A stretch of 64,000 bases of DNA from Pelagomonas calceolata (taxonomy: Eukaryota), in NCBI GenBank assembly GCA_918797485.1, contig CAKKNE010000003.1, forward strand, positions 682,001 through 746,000. The letters run 5' to 3'. Below are positions 59,943-64,000 of this stretch, piece after piece. The translations under genes were made by a program, and so were the position numbers. The notes beneath the pieces are model-generated. The model was not told the DNA's origin, did not search any database, and was given only the letters and a program-made list of their open reading frames with translations. Position 1 is the first letter of the stretch, and each line of letters starts with the position of its first letter.

Positions 59943-62900
59943 ATGGGCAACCCCTACGCCCAGCGCGTCGCGCCCCCGGCGCTCAAGCGCAAGGCGAGCC
60001 CGCCGAAGGTCGGCCGGGCCGCCGTCGCGGAGCGGGAGCTGCAAGCGCTCAAGAAACAATCGCGCAAGGCGAGAGCGCTCTACAAGGGCTGGCAGCGCGA
60101 CCTGACGGAGGTCACGGAGCCCGACGCCGAGTTTTTGGAGAGCGTGCTGACCCTGGCCGAGACGGCCGGGTCCTTGGCCGCGTCGTCGTCGGAGTGGGAA
60201 TTGGCCAAGCTCTCCGACGACAGCGCCTTCGCGGACGTCGTCGAGAATCGCATCGACGCGGCGTTGCTGAAAGCAGGCGGAGAGCCGACGGTTGAGCCCG
60301 CGGCAGAGCCAGCGGCGGAGCCGACCGCGGCCGAGCCCGCGGCAGAGCCAGCGGCGGAGCCGGCCGCGGCCGCGCCGACGCCCGCCGGCGCGGCGCCGAG
60401 CGCCCTGACCCAGGAGCTCGCTCAAGCGAGAGCCGAGCTCGCGACCGCGAGCGGCGCGCTCGACGCGACGCTGGCCACTGCATTATCAGTAAAGACCGCT
60501 CCTACATCCACAATAGACTTCGAGCTCAGCCGCTTCGCCGAGCCGCCCCAGCCGTCAATAGAAGCGCCGCTGACGAACGCATCCATAAAATTCGCGGAGA
60601 GCTTCGGCGCGCCGCGGCGGACGCGGGCCTCGACGAAGCCCTCCTACCACAAAATAGAAGCCGCCCTCGCGCTGAAGAAGAAGCGACCGGCGTCGTCCGA
60701 GGCCAACTCTATTTTAAGAGCATCTAAGAGGAAGGGCCTGACGCTGCAGGTCATTCCTTTTGGGGATGAGGCGTCGTCGCCCAAGACACGCAATCGCAAA
60801 GGCGCTAAAAGAACAGATCCTCCCAAAACGAGGGAGGAGGCGCGGAAGCGAAGGAGAGAACAGGACCTGCGGGACGCGTTTTATGATAGAGCCAAGGCGA
60901 TCCCCGATTTGGACCGTGACGGTGGACTCATCGACGGGCCCGGGGCTTGTAAGGTCAACAGAGCGGGCAATCCCAGAAGGGTGCCGGACTTCGCGCGCGA
61001 CTTCTGGACGGCGAACCCGGCGACGGCGCCGGACGCGATCGCCTTTGGACTAGCTCTACATACTTTTAGTTTGGTGGAAGGCTCGGGTGGCGGCGCGGGA
61101 TTGTCGGTAGAAGCTCTAAGGGACCGCGCACCTGTCGAAGACCGCAAAGTCGTGTGTAGGGAGGAACTGGAGACATTGTCGTCGAAGGCCGACATCGACG
61201 CCGCGGCGCGACGCGCGGCGCGCCACGCGGCGCATAAGCGCGATGGGGTGGTTCTGCAGCCGAGGTTACATGACGGTACCGCTGGAGAAGGCAAGAAGTT
61301 ATTTGGTTCTTCAGCACCGGGCGCGGACGCGGCGGAAGGAGCGTCTCTGTTGGATCTGAAGGCGTATGGGCGGGAACGGAAGGGCTTCCAATCTACTTCG
61401 AGGTTTGATGCCCATCACGGTTTAGAAGAGCATGCCTCCGTCTACACGCTGCAGTGCTTCTACCGGAAACGCGCGGAGCGGCGGAACGCGCTCGCCATAA
61501 AAATAGCAAGGTGGTACTTGTATCACGACGCGCGGTACACTCATAGGGAAATGCGCAAGGCGGAGATCGCCGCTGCCAAAAAGATCCAGGTGTTTGTCAA
61601 GGAGGTGATCCGTCAAACGCGACTGAAGATTAGTACGAGGAAGAAGCTGGCGATGATGCTGAGTCGCACGTTGCGGTTCTACTGGCTGCGGAAGGTTAGT
61701 CATAGGAACTGGAAGCGGTTGCAGCGGGAGAAGAGGGAGTGGGCCGGTAGTAGCATAGTCTTGTTCGTCCGAGCGTGTCGACGACGGTACTGGCTCAAGA
61801 AGCGCCAGGAGGCGACGCTGGGACGAGCCCAGATCGTCATCTCGCAAAAATGGCGCACCCGCCTACAATCGAAGGAGTTCCAGGAGATGCGGTCCGAGAC
61901 GAAGGCGCGACTGTTGACCAATAAAATGAAGAGTTATGGAGCGGCAGCTCGGTTCCAACGAGCGTGGCGCAACTACGCGCAGTACATCTACTTCCCTTGT
62001 GTCTACGCGATGCAAAAGTTCTTCCGGGCCTGCTGGATGCTTAAAAAAATAAGAAGGCAGCGCCTGGCGGCTTCTGTCATGCAGACCTTCCCGCGCATGG
62101 TCCTGGGCATGAACAAGATGAAGGACCGGAAGCGGGCCGTCGTGGCGTTCGAGCGGCAGCGTTGCGGCAAGGAGGAGGAGTTCGCTCAACAGGAAGCCGA
62201 CAAGGCTCTCGCGGAGATCGACGCTAAATTGAATAAGAAAGCGAAGGACGTGAGGAAGTTGCTGAAGGAGGCTTCGAAGGAGTTGGTTGCTCGGGCGAAG
62301 AGTACGCAGATCCAGGCGGGCCCGTCGCCCTGGGATGATGAGGCCGCCCAAGAAGTGCCCGTGTTCACGGAACCTTTACCTCCCATCCACGTGCCTCCGA
62401 ACCAGAAGCCGGGGTGGTGTTCGCGCCGCGTCGCGCCCGAGGAGCCGTCGTCGCCCCAGCCGGCCAACGCGGCGAAGATGGCCGCGCCGCCACCTGTCGC
62501 GCCGTCGACGCCGCGCTGGCGGCCGAACCTCACACCCGAGGAGAAGGAGCTGCGGGCTATCAGTGCTGATCGCAAGCTCGCGACGAAGGTCGCGCGACGC
62601 GCCAAACGTCAAATTCTGAAGCGCATGAGCAAGGAGGAACGAGCCGCATACGACGCGCATCTGCTCAAGCTCGGCAAGGTCGGCGAGTGGGCCCCGGAGC
62701 ACCACGAGGAGCAGAAGAAGCAGAGGAAAAAGGAAGATCGATTAATCAGTAAGAGAGAACGGGCGCGCGATAAACGCCTGATACGGGAGTCGAAGCGCGC
62801 TCGCGCATATGAACTGAAGCGGAGGAAGCGGGCCATTAACCGGGTCAAGAATGACATTAAGAGGACATCTAGGAATCAGAAGAATTGGCCGAAAGTCCAC

Positions 62901-63974
62901 GCGGACGCGGCCTTCGCCGTAGCACTCTTCACGAGGAACGGGGGCTTGACCGAAGAACGCTTGCGTTTGGCCTGTGCTGGTTTGCAGAAGGTGAGGGGAC
63001 CGACGTCGAAGGTCAAGCCCTACGCGCACAACGAGCCGCCTCGTCCGCGGACCGTCCGAAGAGAAAAGCTATTAGGTACGGAGGAGGCGACCCATTGGCT
63101 CGCAGATGTCGCAGCAGAAGCTAGGCCCTACCACCCCCGGTTCCGCTTTGAAAACCGCACGCGCTTCTCTGGAATAGTAAATGCTGCTGCCAGATATAAG
63201 GTAAGAATGGATGCGCGAGATGCCAAGTACAAGGAGGCTTTAGCGGAGTTCCGGGAAGTAAACCCGCCGCGCCACGCCTGCGCCAAGTGCGGCATGCCCT
63301 TCGCGCTGCTCGACGACCTCAAGCAACACAACGTCGACGGGTGCCCCCACGTGGACGCGTTCTGGCAGGCCGAGAAGCATCGTTTGCCGGATCCCAACGA
63401 AGAGGAATATGTCACGGAGAGCTCGTCAGACGACGACGAGGAGTTCGAGGAACCGGCGGTCATCGAGGGGGCGACCGTCGAGGAGTCGGCGGACCGGCCT
63501 GCAACGACCGCGTCGGACCGGCCGGGGACGACGGCGTCGACGGCGTCGCGCCCGCGGACCAAGGCCGAGCGCCGCGCGGCGCGGGAACAGAAGGAACGGG
63601 ACCACCTCAACCGGCAGACGAGGAAAGAAAGAGACCTGAAGACGCGCGAGGGGCGGTCTCGCAAGTTGTCATTTGGAGAGGCCTCGCGGGCCACCGACCC
63701 CTCGCGGCGTGCGCGCATGACCAAGGCCGAGCGCCGCAAGCGCGACGACGAGGCGCGCGAGCTGTTCTTATCCAAGTGGAGCCTGCCCGACGGCTCGAAG
63801 ACCGTCTACAAAGAAGAGGAACTGGCCGAGGCACTCTGCCCATGGGTCGGCGAGCGGCCTTCGCTACTGCCCGTGGGGCACCGGCTCGCGGACGCGCGGG
63901 TCACGGACGCGTCGAGGGAGCCGCGGCCGGTGACGCAGCCCGTGCGGTCGGGCAACAAGTGGATGTGGGGCTAA
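59943..63974 (+). CDS. Large basic protein with IQ-like motifs and a C2H2-like finger
   Basis: 1343-aa ORF; LQCFYR, FQRAWR, MQKFFR; CAKC..F...LKQH. Confidence 0.65.
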   Translation: MGNPYAQRVAPPALKRKASPPKVGRAAVAERELQALKKQSRKARALYKGWQRDLTEVTEPDAEFLESVLTLAETAGSLAASSSEWELAKLSDDSAFADVVENRIDAALLKAGGEPTVEPAAEPAAEPTAAEPAAEPAAEPAAAAPTPAGAAPSALTQELAQARAELATASGALDATLATALSVKTAPTSTIDFELSRFAEPPQPSIEAPLTNASIKFAESFGAPRRTRASTKPSYHKIEAALALKKKRPASSEANSILRASKRKGLTLQVIPFGDEASSPKTRNRKGAKRTDPPKTREEARKRRREQDLRDAFYDRAKAIPDLDRDGGLIDGPGACKVNRAGNPRRVPDFARDFWTANPATAPDAIAFGLALHTFSLVEGSGGGAGLSVEALRDRAPVEDRKVVCREELETLSSKADIDAAARRAARHAAHKRDGVVLQPRLHDGTAGEGKKLFGSSAPGADAAEGASLLDLKAYGRERKGFQSTSRFDAHHGLEEHASVYTLQCFYRKRAERRNALAIKIARWYLYHDARYTHREMRKAEIAAAKKIQVFVKEVIRQTRLKISTRKKLAMMLSRTLRFYWLRKVSHRNWKRLQREKREWAGSSIVLFVRACRRRYWLKKRQEATLGRAQIVISQKWRTRLQSKEFQEMRSETKARLLTNKMKSYGAAARFQRAWRNYAQYIYFPCVYAMQKFFRACWMLKKIRRQRLAASVMQTFPRMVLGMNKMKDRKRAVVAFERQRCGKEEEFAQQEADKALAEIDAKLNKKAKDVRKLLKEASKELVARAKSTQIQAGPSPWDDEAAQEVPVFTEPLPPIHVPPNQKPGWCSRRVAPEEPSSPQPANAAKMAAPPPVAPSTPRWRPNLTPEEKELRAISADRKLATKVARRAKRQILKRMSKEERAAYDAHLLKLGKVGEWAPEHHEEQKKQRKKEDRLISKRERARDKRLIRESKRARAYELKRRKRAINRVKNDIKRTSRNQKNWPKVHADAAFAVALFTRNGGLTEERLRLACAGLQKVRGPTSKVKPYAHNEPPRPRTVRREKLLGTEEATHWLADVAAEARPYHPRFRFENRTRFSGIVNAAARYKVRMDARDAKYKEALAEFREVNPPRHACAKCGMPFALLDDLKQHNVDGCPHVDAFWQAEKHRLPDPNEEEYVTESSSDDDEEFEEPAVIEGATVEESADRPATTASDRPGTTASTASRPRTKAERRAAREQKERDHLNRQTRKERDLKTREGRSRKLSFGEASRATDPSRRARMTKAERRKRDDEARELFLSKWSLPDGSKTVYKEEELAEALCPWVGERPSLLPVGHRLADARVTDASREPRPVTQPVRSGNKWMWG

Positions 63975-64000
63975 GGTTTGTGTGGTGTGTATTACTAGTA

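Noticed and set aside
60294..60365. Direct repeat gagcccgcggcagagccagcggcggagccg
   Set aside because: Coding EPAA repeat
1..64000. Hundreds of overlapping Arg/Ala/Pro-rich ORFs in the track
   Set aside because: Shadow frames of GC-rich coding DNA with no recognisable motifs
1..64000. tRNA, rRNA, CRISPR, transposase or viral genes
   Set aside because: None recognisable by eye; a covariance-model scan was not possible

Overview
Gene-dense, GC-rich eukaryotic nuclear DNA, most likely from a pelagophyte alga (Pelagomonas/Aureococcus-like; inferred from bipartite plastid presequences, short GT/GC-AG introns and Introner-type elements). It holds about 50 genes or gene fragments, including GluRS, an ALMT/FUSC-like transporter, a front-end desaturase, ARL3, fibrillin, TatA, a GH81 glucanase, RCL1, AMPK beta, THOC6-like, a TauD dioxygenase, a TRF4-like nucleotidyltransferase, CrtI-family, La, TlyA, Hsp70 and KH-Smr. 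Three signals go beyond the gene list. (1) A 20-23 bp quasi-palindromic element, CTAGCG-N(8-11)-(C)ACTAG, occurs 12 times, always in gene-upstream and mostly divergent intergenic DNA: a candidate core or bidirectional promoter element. (2) Intron-generating transposons (TIR CTGTGTGGAAATC, 8-bp TSD supplying the GT/GC donor) are visible as an age series from perfect copies to relics that may explain most introns here. (3) At several abrupt junctions truncated genes are joined; these are most simply contig-join or assembly artefacts, but real deletions are not excluded. All family calls rest on motif recognition by eye; no searches were run.
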